From a virus, in IMG/VR virus record IMGVR_UViG_3300020416_000001, positions 107,757 through 171,756 of that record: a DNA stretch of 64,000 nt. One strand, 5' to 3'. Below are positions 29,091-39,433 of this stretch, piece by piece. The notes under the pieces were generated by a model. It was not told the DNA's origin. It made no database searches and was given only the letters and a program-made list of their open reading frames with translations. The translations under genes and the position numbers were made by a program. How positions within the stretch are numbered: position 1 is the first letter of the stretch; each line of letters begins with the position of its first letter.

Positions 29091-31046
29091 ATGGATTTAG
29101 AAATTACTTCGAAACTGCTGAAGTATTCACCTTCAGACGTACAATCAGTTACTTACGTTGTTGAGTACGCAGAACATAACTACGAGGGAGAGGCACGTGA
29201 TGCCTATCTCGCGAAGCGTCTTGTCACTCCAACAGAGAAGGCAATCGCTGAAGTTATTATCGAAGGCAAGAAAGGTCTTTGGGCAAATATTCACGCTAAG
29301 CGTAAGCGTGGAGAGGCACCTGCTAAGAAAGGTGACAAGGATTACCCCAAGACTCTTAACATTGAGCATCATCAAAAGGATGCTAATGGTAAAGTTATCG
29401 AGCACGATGACGAGGCACCTGGAACTCCTGCTAGTGTAGAGGAGCAAAAGGCACCACGTATGCAGAAAGGCGCGATGGCATATGACGGTCCTAACAAGGC
29501 AGCATCTGAAGCAAGAGATAGAATTCTTGCTAAGACAAAAGCATTGAGAGCGAAGGCGAAAGCAAAGACTCAATCTGAGGCGCTTGAGATGACCAAGAAA
29601 GAGTATGATAAAATTCACAAAGATTTTAAGTCTGACGATCCTAAGAATCCAAGAACTACTAAGTATGTCCCAGGCAAGGGTACAGTATCAATGCCTGTGA
29701 AGTTCAAGGAGCAGGTCTCTGCGAATGCAGCAACACTTAATATGAAACCAAGTGCTGCATCTCCTAAGATCGATACACCTAAAGAGAAGGAGTCAACAAC
29801 AGATCCTTGCTGCGATAACCAGAGAACAATCAAAGCAAAGGGTGTAACTCCTAAGACTCAGGTGGAAGAACAAAAAGGTAAAGGCAGTCTTAAACAAGCA
29901 CGTAAGAACGTCGGAGCATCTACCTGTTGGGACGGTTACGTTGCTAAAGGCACCAAGATGAAGAACGGAAAACAAGTTCCTAATTGTGTCAAAGAAAGCG
30001 AGGAATGGGTATGGGATGTCGTTGATGAACTCGGAGATGAGTTTGACAACCTTACCGAACAAGATCTACAAGATGTTGTAGTAGAAGCACTCTTAGATTT
30101 TGATACACAAGAAAATCTATTTGAAGCAATCGACATCATTGATGACGGATGTGAGTTGTTAACAGAGGCACCATCAAAAGACTCAGCGTTTCCTAACGTT
30201 GCAGTTCAAGCACCTAGGGGTGGATCAAAACCAACCCGTGCTTCAAGAGTAGACAGACTTAAGTCTGCTGCTAAGAAAGCAGGTGGAGTGGTTAGAAAAG
30301 GACTAGCAAAAGCAGGTTCTGCTGCTAAAGCAGGAGCAAAGGCAGGTGCTAAGGGAGCAGTTCGTGGTGCAGGTTATGCATCAGGTCTTGCACAACGTGC
30401 AGCATCTTCTGCTAAGTCTGAATTCTCCAAAGGTAGAGAGCGTGGTCTAAGAGGTTCATCATCTGGTGGATCTTCTAGTGGATCATCGTCCTCTGGTGGT
30501 GGTTCATCTTCTGGTGGATCATCATCTGGTGGTTCATCAGGTGGAGGAGGATCCTACTCAGGTGGATCATCTTCTGGATCTTCAAGTTCCTCGGGTACCT
30601 CAGGTGGTACACAGAAAAAATCTGGTCCTTCATTGCTAAGTCGTGCTGCAGGTGCAGTCGGCAGAGGTTTGAAGCGTGCTGTTAAAGGTGGCGCTAACCT
30701 AGCAAAGAAAGCAGTTGGTAAAACATCAAGAGCAATCTCTAAAGGATCTGACAAACTTGCAAGGAAACTCGGAGAATCTATGGCAGAATCAAAAACAGAC
30801 AAGGTACGTCGTATCTTGAAACTACAGCAGGAAACTCTTGAACACGATAGAGCACACGCAAAAGATGCTAGTGCTGCGGGTTGGAGAGAGAGACTTGCGT
30901 ACACAAAATTTGTTATGGAAGAACCAAGTGCAGAACAACTCAAGAAGAGAGAAGTTCTAAAACAAACTAAGGAACTTACTAACAAAGGTAAGCACAAGGA
31001 AGCGTCTGAAATGTTCAAGAAGCACTTCCCTAACTTTGGTAAATAG
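29091..31046 (+). CDS. Large modular basic protein with Ser/Gly tract; probable capsid-internal protein
   Basis: 651 aa; Lys-rich modules separated by Glu motifs; CWDGY..VPNCV module. Confidence 0.75.
   Translation: MDLEITSKLLKYSPSDVQSVTYVVEYAEHNYEGEARDAYLAKRLVTPTEKAIAEVIIEGKKGLWANIHAKRKRGEAPAKKGDKDYPKTLNIEHHQKDANGKVIEHDDEAPGTPASVEEQKAPRMQKGAMAYDGPNKAASEARDRILAKTKALRAKAKAKTQSEALEMTKKEYDKIHKDFKSDDPKNPRTTKYVPGKGTVSMPVKFKEQVSANAATLNMKPSAASPKIDTPKEKESTTDPCCDNQRTIKAKGVTPKTQVEEQKGKGSLKQARKNVGASTCWDGYVAKGTKMKNGKQVPNCVKESEEWVWDVVDELGDEFDNLTEQDLQDVVVEALLDFDTQENLFEAIDIIDDGCELLTEAPSKDSAFPNVAVQAPRGGSKPTRASRVDRLKSAAKKAGGVVRKGLAKAGSAAKAGAKAGAKGAVRGAGYASGLAQRAASSAKSEFSKGRERGLRGSSSGGSSSGSSSSGGGSSSGGSSSGGSSGGGGSYSGGSSSGSSSSSGTSGGTQKKSGPSLLSRAAGAVGRGLKRAVKGGANLAKKAVGKTSRAISKGSDKLARKLGESMAESKTDKVRRILKLQQETLEHDRAHAKDASAAGWRERLAYTKFVMEEPSAEQLKKREVLKQTKELTNKGKHKEASEMFKKHFPNFGK
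30450..30610 (+). repeat. Low-complexity Ser/Gly coding repeat
   Basis: Degenerate TCT GGT GGA TCA repeats encoding (SSGGS)n. Confidence 0.7.
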
Positions 31047-31048
31047 TA

Positions 31049-31492
31049 ATGCCTAAAAAAACAAAAATCATTATCAACCCCAAGAAGGAAGAACTGATGA
31101 AGGAAACCATCCGCCAACTTCTTCAGGCAGAACTCGCTGACCTGAAAGAACAATCCAAAAAGAAACTAGATCCTGTCGGTAAAGAAGACAAGGATATTGA
31201 CAACGACGGTGACCACGATAAGTCAGATAAGTATCTGCTCAATCGTAGAAAGACTGTCGCTAAAGCAATGGGTAAGAAAACCCACATCTGTGCTAAGTAT
31301 GTTGAGCATACTGAGTATGGTCTTTGCTACACAATTCCTGAGGCACACACCTTGGTTGAGAAGGCAGACCATAGCGATGGATGCACTCACGAAGTAACTC
31401 ACTACGACATCGTGGATGAGTCAGAACAAATGCATAGCAACATTCCTGTTGAAGATCTTAACGTTCTTGTCCAAGAAATGCATAAGCACTAA
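31049..31492 (+). CDS. Hypothetical late protein with DxDxDGDxD Ca-binding-like loop
   Basis: [15 protein letters not shown]; GTAAATA upstream. Confidence 0.7.
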   Translation: MPKKTKIIINPKKEELMKETIRQLLQAELADLKEQSKKKLDPVGKEDKDIDNDGDHDKSDKYLLNRRKTVAKAMGKKTHICAKYVEHTEYGLCYTIPEAHTLVEKADHSDGCTHEVTHYDIVDESEQMHSNIPVEDLNVLVQEMHKH

Positions 31493-31896
31493 TGAAATCT
31501 TTCAAAGAGTACATTACAGAGTTGAATCGTTACGAGAAAGAGACTGGTAAATCTACTGGTCCTAGTCACGGGCGTACTGGTGTCAACACTCCTAAGGCAG
31601 GCACACCCACTAAGAAGGGTGGATCTGGTAAGGACTCTCCTATCGCTTCCGTCAAAAGGATGGTAAGGAAGATGCAAGGTGGAGAAGTTGGTCAGATGAA
31701 GAAACAGAAAGGTGCAAAGTCAACTGCAGGTACTGGCAAGTACAAGGCAATGGCAGACAGGCGCAAGAATCAAAAAGATACCACTGCTGCAGATGCTAAG
31801 AAACGCGGATTCAAATCTACTAGGGATTACGTGAACACTATGGCACGTTACGGTGGTAAAGATAACTATGATAGAGGACGCGGATTAGGATCATAA
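31492..31896 (+). CDS. Basic internal head protein candidate
   Basis: N-terminus [10 protein letters not shown] resembles the T4 IPIII capsid-targeting sequence; very Lys/Gly-rich. Confidence 0.72.
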   Translation: MKSFKEYITELNRYEKETGKSTGPSHGRTGVNTPKAGTPTKKGGSGKDSPIASVKRMVRKMQGGEVGQMKKQKGAKSTAGTGKYKAMADRRKNQKDTTAADAKKRGFKSTRDYVNTMARYGGKDNYDRGRGLGS

Positions 31897-31930
31897 GCAC
31901 CTATATAGTGATAGGTACGTTTCATTAATT

Positions 31931-32125
31931 ATGGTTAAATTCCTTCTTCCATTTGCAATTAAAATCATCGAGTCAGCAGTCGATAAGATTCCTGACAATC
32001 TAGATGAACTAATCAAGAAATTGATCGTGAGTCTAGCAAAGAAAGCAGTATCAAGAACTGACAACACAGTTGATGATCAACTCGTGGCAGCACTTGAGAA
32101 AGCATTACTCTCACCTGAGGGTTAA
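31931..32125 (+). CDS. Small hypothetical protein
   Basis: 64 aa amphipathic, TDNTVDD motif. Confidence 0.7.
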   Translation: MVKFLLPFAIKIIESAVDKIPDNLDELIKKLIVSLAKKAVSRTDNTVDDQLVAALEKALLSPEG

Positions 32126-32138
32126 TAGTCTCAGACAC

Positions 32139-32160
32139 TAGGGACCTACGGGTCCCTTTC
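32139..32160 (+). terminator. Terminator-like hairpin
   Basis: AGGGACC-TACG-GGTCCCT followed by TTC. Confidence 0.6.
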
Positions 32161-32167
32161 GTGTTTG

Positions 32168-32175
32168 TATAAATA
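32168..32175 (+). promoter_or_regulatory. Late promoter
   Basis: TATAAATA. Confidence 0.72.
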
Positions 32176-32213
32176 AAATATAGGAAACACAACGTTCACG
32201 GAGTAAAATCAAG

Positions 32214-32999
32214 ATGGCCATTCTGGGCAAAATCGACGCAGCAACGTTCTCCAATAATGTCGCGGTCACAAATGGTGACGCAACTGTTACCAAGAATGCT
32301 GCCGACACTGTTGTTGTCGGTGATGTTCTCGAATTGGCAAACGTCGCATACATCGTCAAACAAGTTACATCTACAACTGCAATCGAATTGCACAAAGCAT
32401 ATGCAGGTAGCACTAACGCTACATTGTCTGGTGCTGTAAGGAGAACTCCTCCTAAGGCAGTTGCAGAGTTTGTAGTTAAAGGTGGAGATAGTATTTCAGA
32501 CTATCAACTTATCTTTGTTGATACTACTGAAGATGGTATCGCATCTAACAAGTCACGTGGTATCGACGGACCTGGATGGTGGTTGTATAGAACATACAAC
32601 ACAGCAGCAGGAACTACACGTCACAAGGCAGAGAAACTTGCAGCACTTAGAGTTGCAGCAGCAACATCTGGTGACGACTCTGATGATACAGTGGCAGCAG
32701 ACGTGCTCGAAACAATCACAATCGGCACTCAACCTTCCAACCAGACTACATCTTCTGGTGCAGCAACCTTTACTGTTGCAGCAACTGTGGATCAGTCAGG
32801 TACTATCACTTATCAGTGGCAGAAAAGAACTTCTTCATCTGGAAGATTCAGTAATGTATCTGGTGCAACCAGTGCATCTCTTGTCCTTTCAGGTCAATTA
32901 GCAGCGAATGACGGCAACCAGTACAGAGTTAAAGTTAACTCAAGCAAGGGTGCTGCTGAAGTTGTAAGTAGCATTGCTACTCTAACCTTCGGTTCATAA
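32214..32999 (+). CDS. Virion structural protein with C-terminal Ig-like domain
   Basis: ITIGTQPS..ATFTV..TYQWQK..DGNQYRV..ATLT; late promoter. Confidence 0.78.
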   Translation: MAILGKIDAATFSNNVAVTNGDATVTKNAADTVVVGDVLELANVAYIVKQVTSTTAIELHKAYAGSTNATLSGAVRRTPPKAVAEFVVKGGDSISDYQLIFVDTTEDGIASNKSRGIDGPGWWLYRTYNTAAGTTRHKAEKLAALRVAAATSGDDSDDTVAADVLETITIGTQPSNQTTSSGAATFTVAATVDQSGTITYQWQKRTSSSGRFSNVSGATSASLVLSGQLAANDGNQYRVKVNSSKGAAEVVSSIATLTFGS

Positions 33000-33017
33000 T
33001 AACCAACCACCTTTGTT

Positions 33018-33395
33018 ATGTTTGAAAATTTGAATACACTCACAGCGGACAACTTTATGATGTTCGCTATGAAACACTACGATAATCCCCAGTCAGTTAC
33101 ATATGATGATTTCCTTGAGGATATGATGCGCTTCAAATACTTGAAGCGTCTCTTTGGGAGATACATCAAGACTGGGGTTCTTCGTAACCATCTTATACTG
33201 AATCATTTGATCGTACTATTCAATGTGTTCGGGGAAGCAACAGTACCTTTGTTAGTTTACAAAGTTGACAAACAGTATTGGGACATCCTTAAAACATATT
33301 TGGTGTACTTAAACAGATACCCTGAGACAGGATGTGGGACATTAGATTATGTAGAAATTGATCCTGTAATAAGCAAACAGTTGAGAGACCTCTGA
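33018..33395 (+). CDS. Conserved T4-like hypothetical protein
   Basis: FAMKHYDNP..RFKYLKRL..LILNHLIVLFNVFG. Confidence 0.8.
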   Translation: MFENLNTLTADNFMMFAMKHYDNPQSVTYDDFLEDMMRFKYLKRLFGRYIKTGVLRNHLILNHLIVLFNVFGEATVPLLVYKVDKQYWDILKTYLVYLNRYPETGCGTLDYVEIDPVISKQLRDL

Positions 33396-34564
33396 TGCCT
33401 GCTAAATCAAAAGCACAAAGAAAATTTATGGGGATGGTACGTGCCACCCAGAAAGGTGAGATGAAGAACCCGTCTCCCGAATTGAAACGTGCTGCAGGTG
33501 ATATGTCTGCAAAGGCAGTCAACAAGTATGCAAAAACAAAAGAAAAGAATTTACCAGACAAAGTAGAAGAGTCAGTACAGAATAATAAAGTTGATTTAGT
33601 ATTGAAGACAGGTGTTAATAACGTTCTTAAGCAAGACAACAAAGATTACGACAGAGGACTGCTCGCACAGGTCAACAAAGATGGCAGTTATGATGTAGCA
33701 TATTGGTACGATAAGTATGAGAAGTATCCTGTCGAGGTTGTAATCGATGGCAAGACTTGTGCCAAGGATGCTAAAAATATTCACATCAAGTATCATCCTG
33801 AGTTGAAGAACGATGATAAAGAGGAAGCGAAAGAAGATATGAAAGAGTACGTGGGTGGTACTATGGGTTATGGTGCTGTGATTTCAAATGGAATCCCTGG
33901 AGCACAGTCACATAGCAACACAAGACAAGGCAAGATTACTAAGAAAGATAAGAAAAAGAAATTTGCTGAAGAGATCTTACGACTACAGTATGAGGCAAGA
34001 GTAGAATACACAGGACCAAACAAAGACGAAAGGAAACAGATCAAGAAACTTGATAACAAAAAGTTTGCTGCCAAACTAGCAGACTATGAAAAGAATATGG
34101 ATCCTAAGAAACGTCAGGCACTTAGAGATAAAGCAACTAAGGGTATGAAGTTTGTGCACGAAGAAGGTGCTCCTACTATGAATACAGGTTCTACTGCAGG
34201 TGCAGCAGGATTCTCAAGTGAGTCAGAGGCAGACGGACCTACTGCAGGTTTGGATGAACCATTGGGAGGAACAAGGAAACTGAGAGGCAGGGGTGCTGTG
34301 TCAGGAAAGAAGAAAAAGTTCAAGTGTAAAAAAGCACCCGATGGTATAAATAAAGTATGTGAATCCACTGAGGCAAAATACCTATCGTTCTTGGTTCAGA
34401 TGGATGATGTTGAGTTTATATTTAATGGCAAGTCGCCCGCAGATGTCAAGATACGACTGAGAAAAATTTATCGTCCTGAGAGATTGAAAGGAATCAAGAT
34501 CACTAGAATGCTTCCTGCTCAGGTTATGCATTATTATTGGGAGAAACGTCAAGCAGCAATGTAA
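33395..34564 (+). CDS. Modular basic protein, probable capsid-internal
   Basis: MPAKSKAQRKFMGMV N-terminal module; Glu-delimited basic modules. Confidence 0.72.
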   Translation: MPAKSKAQRKFMGMVRATQKGEMKNPSPELKRAAGDMSAKAVNKYAKTKEKNLPDKVEESVQNNKVDLVLKTGVNNVLKQDNKDYDRGLLAQVNKDGSYDVAYWYDKYEKYPVEVVIDGKTCAKDAKNIHIKYHPELKNDDKEEAKEDMKEYVGGTMGYGAVISNGIPGAQSHSNTRQGKITKKDKKKKFAEEILRLQYEARVEYTGPNKDERKQIKKLDNKKFAAKLADYEKNMDPKKRQALRDKATKGMKFVHEEGAPTMNTGSTAGAAGFSSESEADGPTAGLDEPLGGTRKLRGRGAVSGKKKKFKCKKAPDGINKVCESTEAKYLSFLVQMDDVEFIFNGKSPADVKIRLRKIYRPERLKGIKITRMLPAQVMHYYWEKRQAAM

Positions 34565-34959
34565 TGTCTGATATTAACACCGCAATTATTGAACGTCTCG
34601 AACGTGTTGTGGACTCACTACAGGAGAACTCTGTAAAGATGGGTCAACTTCTTGCTGTGCATAATGAGAAACTGAGTAAGCAAGATGAGGTAGATACTAT
34701 CTTGTTTGAAAAGATAGATAGGATACACGCAGACATCAATAGAGAGACCGATGCAATCAAGAAAGGATGTGAGAGAGACATCCGTCTGGTTGATAATAGA
34801 CTGCGTGCTATTGAAAAGAAAATGTGGACCATAGCAGGTTCTCTTACAGTAATCAGTGTCCTCCTCTCACCCATAGGTCAACGAGTTTTTGGTCCTATGT
34901 TGACAGGCGGTCAGGAATCAAGTATCATTAGAAGCGTCGAGTCCGAACGCTTGGGATGA
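34564..34959 (+). CDS. Coiled-coil protein with C-terminal TM
   Basis: TAATG-coupled start; IERLERVV..KMWTIAGSLTVISVLL. Confidence 0.72.
   Translation: MSDINTAIIERLERVVDSLQENSVKMGQLLAVHNEKLSKQDEVDTILFEKIDRIHADINRETDAIKKGCERDIRLVDNRLRAIEKKMWTIAGSLTVISVLLSPIGQRVFGPMLTGGQESSIIRSVESERLG
34900..34928 (+). promoter_or_regulatory. Sigma70 promoter for the primase/nrd genes
   Basis: TTGACA-17-TATCAT. Confidence 0.65.
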
Positions 34960-35954
34960 GTTTTATTGATATTAAGTATGCTCGCATCGTTGGCAGCAGA
35001 CTTGATAAGTTCAAAGAAAAAAAATCAACCCTCTACAACTTCAGATGCCCCTACTGTGGAGACTCACAGAAGCAAGCATCTAAGGCGAGAGGGTATTTCT
35101 TTACCAAACAGAATGACATTATCTTTAAGTGTCATAACTGTGGGGTAGGGAGAACCCTTGGGAACTTCCTCAAGGACCAAGCACGCGACATATACGATGA
35201 GTATGTTATAGAAAGATACAAGGGTGGTTTGACAGGCAAAAGGACAAGGGTTGCTAACCCAAATCCTGATGTGTTCAAGTCCAAACCAGTATTTAATACA
35301 GGCAGTAACCTCCCACGTATTTCTAGTCTAAATACAGAACATCCCGCTAGGACGTACCTTGAACAAAGAGGCATTACAGGGTCGAAACTTGACCGTATTT
35401 ACTATGCCGATAAGTTCAAAGAGTACATCAACTCGCAGAAACATACATTTGACAACCTCCAGAATGATAGACCTCGTATCATCATTCCACTAATTGACAA
35501 AGAAGGAAATTGGTTTGGTGTGCAGGGTAGATCCCTAATGCCAAATGCTAGACTTCGCTACATTACTATTCTTTATGATGAATCAAAACTTAAAGTATTC
35601 GGGCAGGACAAACTCGACACTAGCAGAACCGTCTACCTCGTGGAGGGACCGTTTGATTCCCTCTTCTTGGAAAACAGTGCTGCTATGTGTGGGTCCGATC
35701 TTGATCCTCGGTCGTGTGGTTGGCGCGATTGTGTTTTTGTTTTTGATAACGAACCGCGTAACAAACAAATCACCGATAGAATCTCCACCACTATCGACAG
35801 AGGTTACAAGGTAGTGATCTTTCCATCAGAGATTCAACAAAAAGATCTCAATGATATGGTCCTTGGTGGACACGACGTACAAAAACTGGTAGAATCAAAT
35901 ACTTACCACGGTTTACAAGCAAAACTTAAACTCTCTCAATGGAAGAAAGTATGA
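34956..35954 (+). CDS. gp61: DNA primase
   Basis: NFRCPYCGDS, FKCHNCG, VEGPFDS, FDNEPRN, KDLND. Confidence 0.96.
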   Translation: MSFIDIKYARIVGSRLDKFKEKKSTLYNFRCPYCGDSQKQASKARGYFFTKQNDIIFKCHNCGVGRTLGNFLKDQARDIYDEYVIERYKGGLTGKRTRVANPNPDVFKSKPVFNTGSNLPRISSLNTEHPARTYLEQRGITGSKLDRIYYADKFKEYINSQKHTFDNLQNDRPRIIIPLIDKEGNWFGVQGRSLMPNARLRYITILYDESKLKVFGQDKLDTSRTVYLVEGPFDSLFLENSAAMCGSDLDPRSCGWRDCVFVFDNEPRNKQITDRISTTIDRGYKVVIFPSEIQQKDLNDMVLGGHDVQKLVESNTYHGLQAKLKLSQWKKV

Positions 35955-38251
35955 ACGTAATTAAAAGAGACGGCACTGCTGTCCCTCTCAACCTAGACAA
36001 AGTGCATAAAATGGTTGAGTTAGCGTGTGAAGGTCTTACAGGTGTAAGCGAATCACAAGTTGAAATGAATGCAAATATTCAATTCTTTGAAGGTATCAAG
36101 ACCTCAGAGATTCAAGAGATCCTTATCAGGTCAGCAAGTGATCTGATCAGTATGGATACACCCAACTATCAATACGTTGCTGCACGTCTTCTATTGTTTG
36201 ATGTTCGCAAGCAGGTATTCCCTGAGTGGGCAGACGAGATTGGATACCCACACCTCCACGATCACGTACAACGTTGCGCTGAGGCAGGAGTGTATGACGC
36301 TGCCATTCTAAATAAATATAGTCCGCCAGAGTGGGACCTGCTCAACAGTTTTATTGACCACGAAAGATGTATGGGGTTCACCTATGCAGGTCTGAGACAG
36401 ATTGTAGATAAGTATCTTGTACAGGATAGAAGCACTGGGATTCTCTATGAGACACCTCAGTATATGTACATTATGGTAGCAGCAACACTCTTCCAAGACT
36501 ATCCAAAAAACAGTCGTTTAGAGTATGTACAACGCTACTACACAGCAACCTCCAAAGGAAAAATCAACCTCCCAACACCAGTCTTGGCAGGAGTTCGGAC
36601 TCCGATGCGACAGTTTGCTTCTTGTGTTCTTGTTGATGTTGATGACACCCTCGATGGTATCTTTAGTAGTGATATGGCGATTGGCAAATATGTTGCACAA
36701 CGTGCGGGTATCGGCATCAACGCAGGCAGGATCCGTGGTATCAACTCTAAGATCAGAGGCGGAGAGGTACAACACACAGGTGTGGTCCCCTTCCTTAAAA
36801 AGTTTGAATCAACTGTCAGATGCTGCACTCAAAACGGCATCCGAGGTGGTTCTGCTACAGTCCACTTTCCTATCTGGCATCAGGAAATCGAAGACATCCT
36901 CGTCCTCAAAAACAACAAAGGAACCGAAGACAACAGAGTCAGGAAACTAGACTACAGTATTCAAATTAGTAAACTATTCTACGAGAGGTTTATTCAAGGT
37001 GAAACAATCTCCCTATTCTCTCCTCACGACGTTCCTGGTCTTTATGATGCCTTTGGGACTGATGATTTTGATCTACTTTACACCAAGTACGAACAGGATA
37101 AATCGATCCCTAGAAGGACTGTCTCCGCCAACGAGATTATCCTCTCCTTACTAAAAGAAAGAGCAGAGACTGGTCGTATTTACATTATGAATATCGACCA
37201 CTGTAACAGTCACAGTTCGTTCAAAGACAAGGTTAATATGTCTAACCTATGTCAAGAGATTACACTGCCCACAGACCCGATTTCACACATCGATGACGAT
37301 GGTGGAGAGATCGCATTGTGTATCCTATCTGCAATCAATGTAGGTAAACTTCGTAACCTCAATGAGATGGAGGAACTATGTGATCTTGCAGTCCGTGGAC
37401 TAGAAGAACTTATTGATTATCAAAAGTATCCTGTGAAGGCAGCAGAGCGTTCTACTCTTGCACGTCGTTCACTTGGTGTTGGTTATATTGGTCTTGCACA
37501 TTACCTTGCTAAGAATGGATTTAAGTATGATGATCAGGGTGCATATGACATCGTTCATCAACTAACTGAGTCCTTCCAATACAACCTTCTCAAGGCATCT
37601 AATGCTATTGCAATGGAGAAAGGACCGTGTGATGCATTCCAACACACAAAGTATGCAGATGGAATTTTTCCTATCGATACATATAAGAGTGAGGTAGATG
37701 AAATAACATCGGTAGAACTTGCTTATGATTGGGAAGGTCTTAGGAATTCTGTTAAAGAGCACGGTCTAAGACACAGTACACTGTCCGCTCAAATGCCAAG
37801 CGAGAGCAGTTCGGTAGTGTCAAATGCTACTAATGGAATTGAACCACCCAGAGATTATCTTTCTATTAAGAAATCAAAGAAAGGTCCACTTAAGCAAATT
37901 GTACCAGGGTTTCCATACCTAAAAAATAAATACACCCTCCTATGGGATATGCCTTCTAATGAAGGTTACATAAAAATTGTCGCCGTGATGCAAAAGTTCT
38001 TCGACCAAGCAATCTCAGGCAACTGGAGTTATAATCCAGGTAATTATGATAATAACGAAGTACCTTCTTCCGTTATGGCAATGGACCTATTGACAACCTA
38101 CAAATACGGTTGGAAGACAAGTTACTATCATAACACTTATGATAATAAGAAAGATGGTGAAGAAGAACCAACCACATCAACATCACAAGTTGATCAACTA
38201 GTAAACGAACTTTTGGAGGCAGAGGAAGACTGTGACAGTTGCAAAGTTTAA
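35951..38251 (+). CDS. nrdA: Ribonucleotide reductase class Ia alpha subunit
   Basis: ATP cone VIKRDG, PTPVLAG, SCVL, SNLCQEI, C-terminal CDSCKV. Confidence 0.98.
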   Translation: MNVIKRDGTAVPLNLDKVHKMVELACEGLTGVSESQVEMNANIQFFEGIKTSEIQEILIRSASDLISMDTPNYQYVAARLLLFDVRKQVFPEWADEIGYPHLHDHVQRCAEAGVYDAAILNKYSPPEWDLLNSFIDHERCMGFTYAGLRQIVDKYLVQDRSTGILYETPQYMYIMVAATLFQDYPKNSRLEYVQRYYTATSKGKINLPTPVLAGVRTPMRQFASCVLVDVDDTLDGIFSSDMAIGKYVAQRAGIGINAGRIRGINSKIRGGEVQHTGVVPFLKKFESTVRCCTQNGIRGGSATVHFPIWHQEIEDILVLKNNKGTEDNRVRKLDYSIQISKLFYERFIQGETISLFSPHDVPGLYDAFGTDDFDLLYTKYEQDKSIPRRTVSANEIILSLLKERAETGRIYIMNIDHCNSHSSFKDKVNMSNLCQEITLPTDPISHIDDDGGEIALCILSAINVGKLRNLNEMEELCDLAVRGLEELIDYQKYPVKAAERSTLARRSLGVGYIGLAHYLAKNGFKYDDQGAYDIVHQLTESFQYNLLKASNAIAMEKGPCDAFQHTKYADGIFPIDTYKSEVDEITSVELAYDWEGLRNSVKEHGLRHSTLSAQMPSESSSVVSNATNGIEPPRDYLSIKKSKKGPLKQIVPGFPYLKNKYTLLWDMPSNEGYIKIVAVMQKFFDQAISGNWSYNPGNYDNNEVPSSVMAMDLLTTYKYGWKTSYYHNTYDNKKDGEEEPTTSTSQVDQLVNELLEAEEDCDSCKV

Positions 38252-39431
38252 GATCTCAACTGGTGGGAACGATCCACGACAGCGCAAAGGCATTGAGAAC
38301 GTAACAGTTTTCAATCAAGCACAACACGACACAACAAAACAACCTATGTTCTTTGGACAACCCTTGGGTGTTCAGAGATACGACGGAGCAAAGTATCCAG
38401 TCTTTGATAGACTGACTAACTCCCAACTTGGTTTCTTCTGGAGACCCGAAGAGGTCTCACTTCAGAAGGACAGATCCGATTTTCAATCTTTATCTGATGC
38501 ACAAAAACACATCTTCACATCAAACCTCAGATACCAGATCCTCCTTGACTCCGTACAAGGTCGTGGTCCTGGTCTTGCTTTCATTCCTTATTGCTCTCTA
38601 CCCGAGTTAGAATCTGCTATGATTGCGTGGGAGTTTATGGAAATGATCCACTCTAGATCCTACACGTACATCATTAAAAATGTTTATGCAAACCCTGAGC
38701 AGATTTTTGATACTATTCTTGATGACGAGAAGATCATCGCTCGTGCCAAATCTGTTACTGAAGCGTATGATGAGTTCATCAACTTTGCTCAGCAATGGGG
38801 ACAAGGTAACTGGTGGAAAGAAGGTTGGAGAGATTCACCGTCTGCATCTTGGGAGAAGAAAGAACTTAAGCGCAGACTTTATAGAGCAATTATGAATGTG
38901 AATATCCTTGAGGGTATTCGTTTCTATGTTTCATTTGCTTGTTCTTTTGGGTTCGGTGAACTCAAGAAGATGGAAGGATCTGCAAAGATCATTTCTCTTA
39001 TTGCACGTGATGAGTCACAGCACCTTGTGATTACACAAAACATCATTAACAACTGGAGGAAAGGTGATGATCCTGATATGCTAGAGATCATCGACGAAGA
39101 GAAAGGTAACGTTATCGAGATGTTCGAGCGTTGCGTAAACGAAGAGAAAGACTGGGCAGAGTATCTATTCAAAGAAGGATCTATGATCGGACTCAATGCC
39201 AAACTTCTTACTCAGTATGTGAAATGGATCGCTAATAGAAGAATGAAAACTATTGGCATCGATCCAATCTATGATGTACCTGCTAGAAACAATCCTCTTC
39301 CTTGGACTAATCATTGGTTGAACTCTAAAGGTCAACAGAATGCACCACAGGAAACAGAGATTGAATCATATGTTGTTGGTGCAATCAAACAGGACATCAA
39401 GAAAGATACGTTCTCTGGATTCAAACTTTAA
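38232..39431 (+). CDS. nrdB: Ribonucleotide reductase beta subunit
   Basis: FWRPEE, LDSVQGR, EMIHSRSY, EGIRFY, RDESQH. Confidence 0.97.
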   Translation: MTVAKFKISTGGNDPRQRKGIENVTVFNQAQHDTTKQPMFFGQPLGVQRYDGAKYPVFDRLTNSQLGFFWRPEEVSLQKDRSDFQSLSDAQKHIFTSNLRYQILLDSVQGRGPGLAFIPYCSLPELESAMIAWEFMEMIHSRSYTYIIKNVYANPEQIFDTILDDEKIIARAKSVTEAYDEFINFAQQWGQGNWWKEGWRDSPSASWEKKELKRRLYRAIMNVNILEGIRFYVSFACSFGFGELKKMEGSAKIISLIARDESQHLVITQNIINNWRKGDDPDMLEIIDEEKGNVIEMFERCVNEEKDWAEYLFKEGSMIGLNAKLLTQYVKWIANRRMKTIGIDPIYDVPARNNPLPWTNHWLNSKGQQNAPQETEIESYVVGAIKQDIKKDTFSGFKL

Positions 39432-39433
39432 CT

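Noticed and set aside
30450-30610. Repeat array as CRISPR or DNA-level repeat
   Set aside because: Degenerate codon-level Ser/Gly repeats with no constant repeat-spacer structure; no CRISPR array seen in the window
30554-31153. 199 aa minus-strand ORF
   Set aside because: Antisense shadow of low-complexity coding sequence
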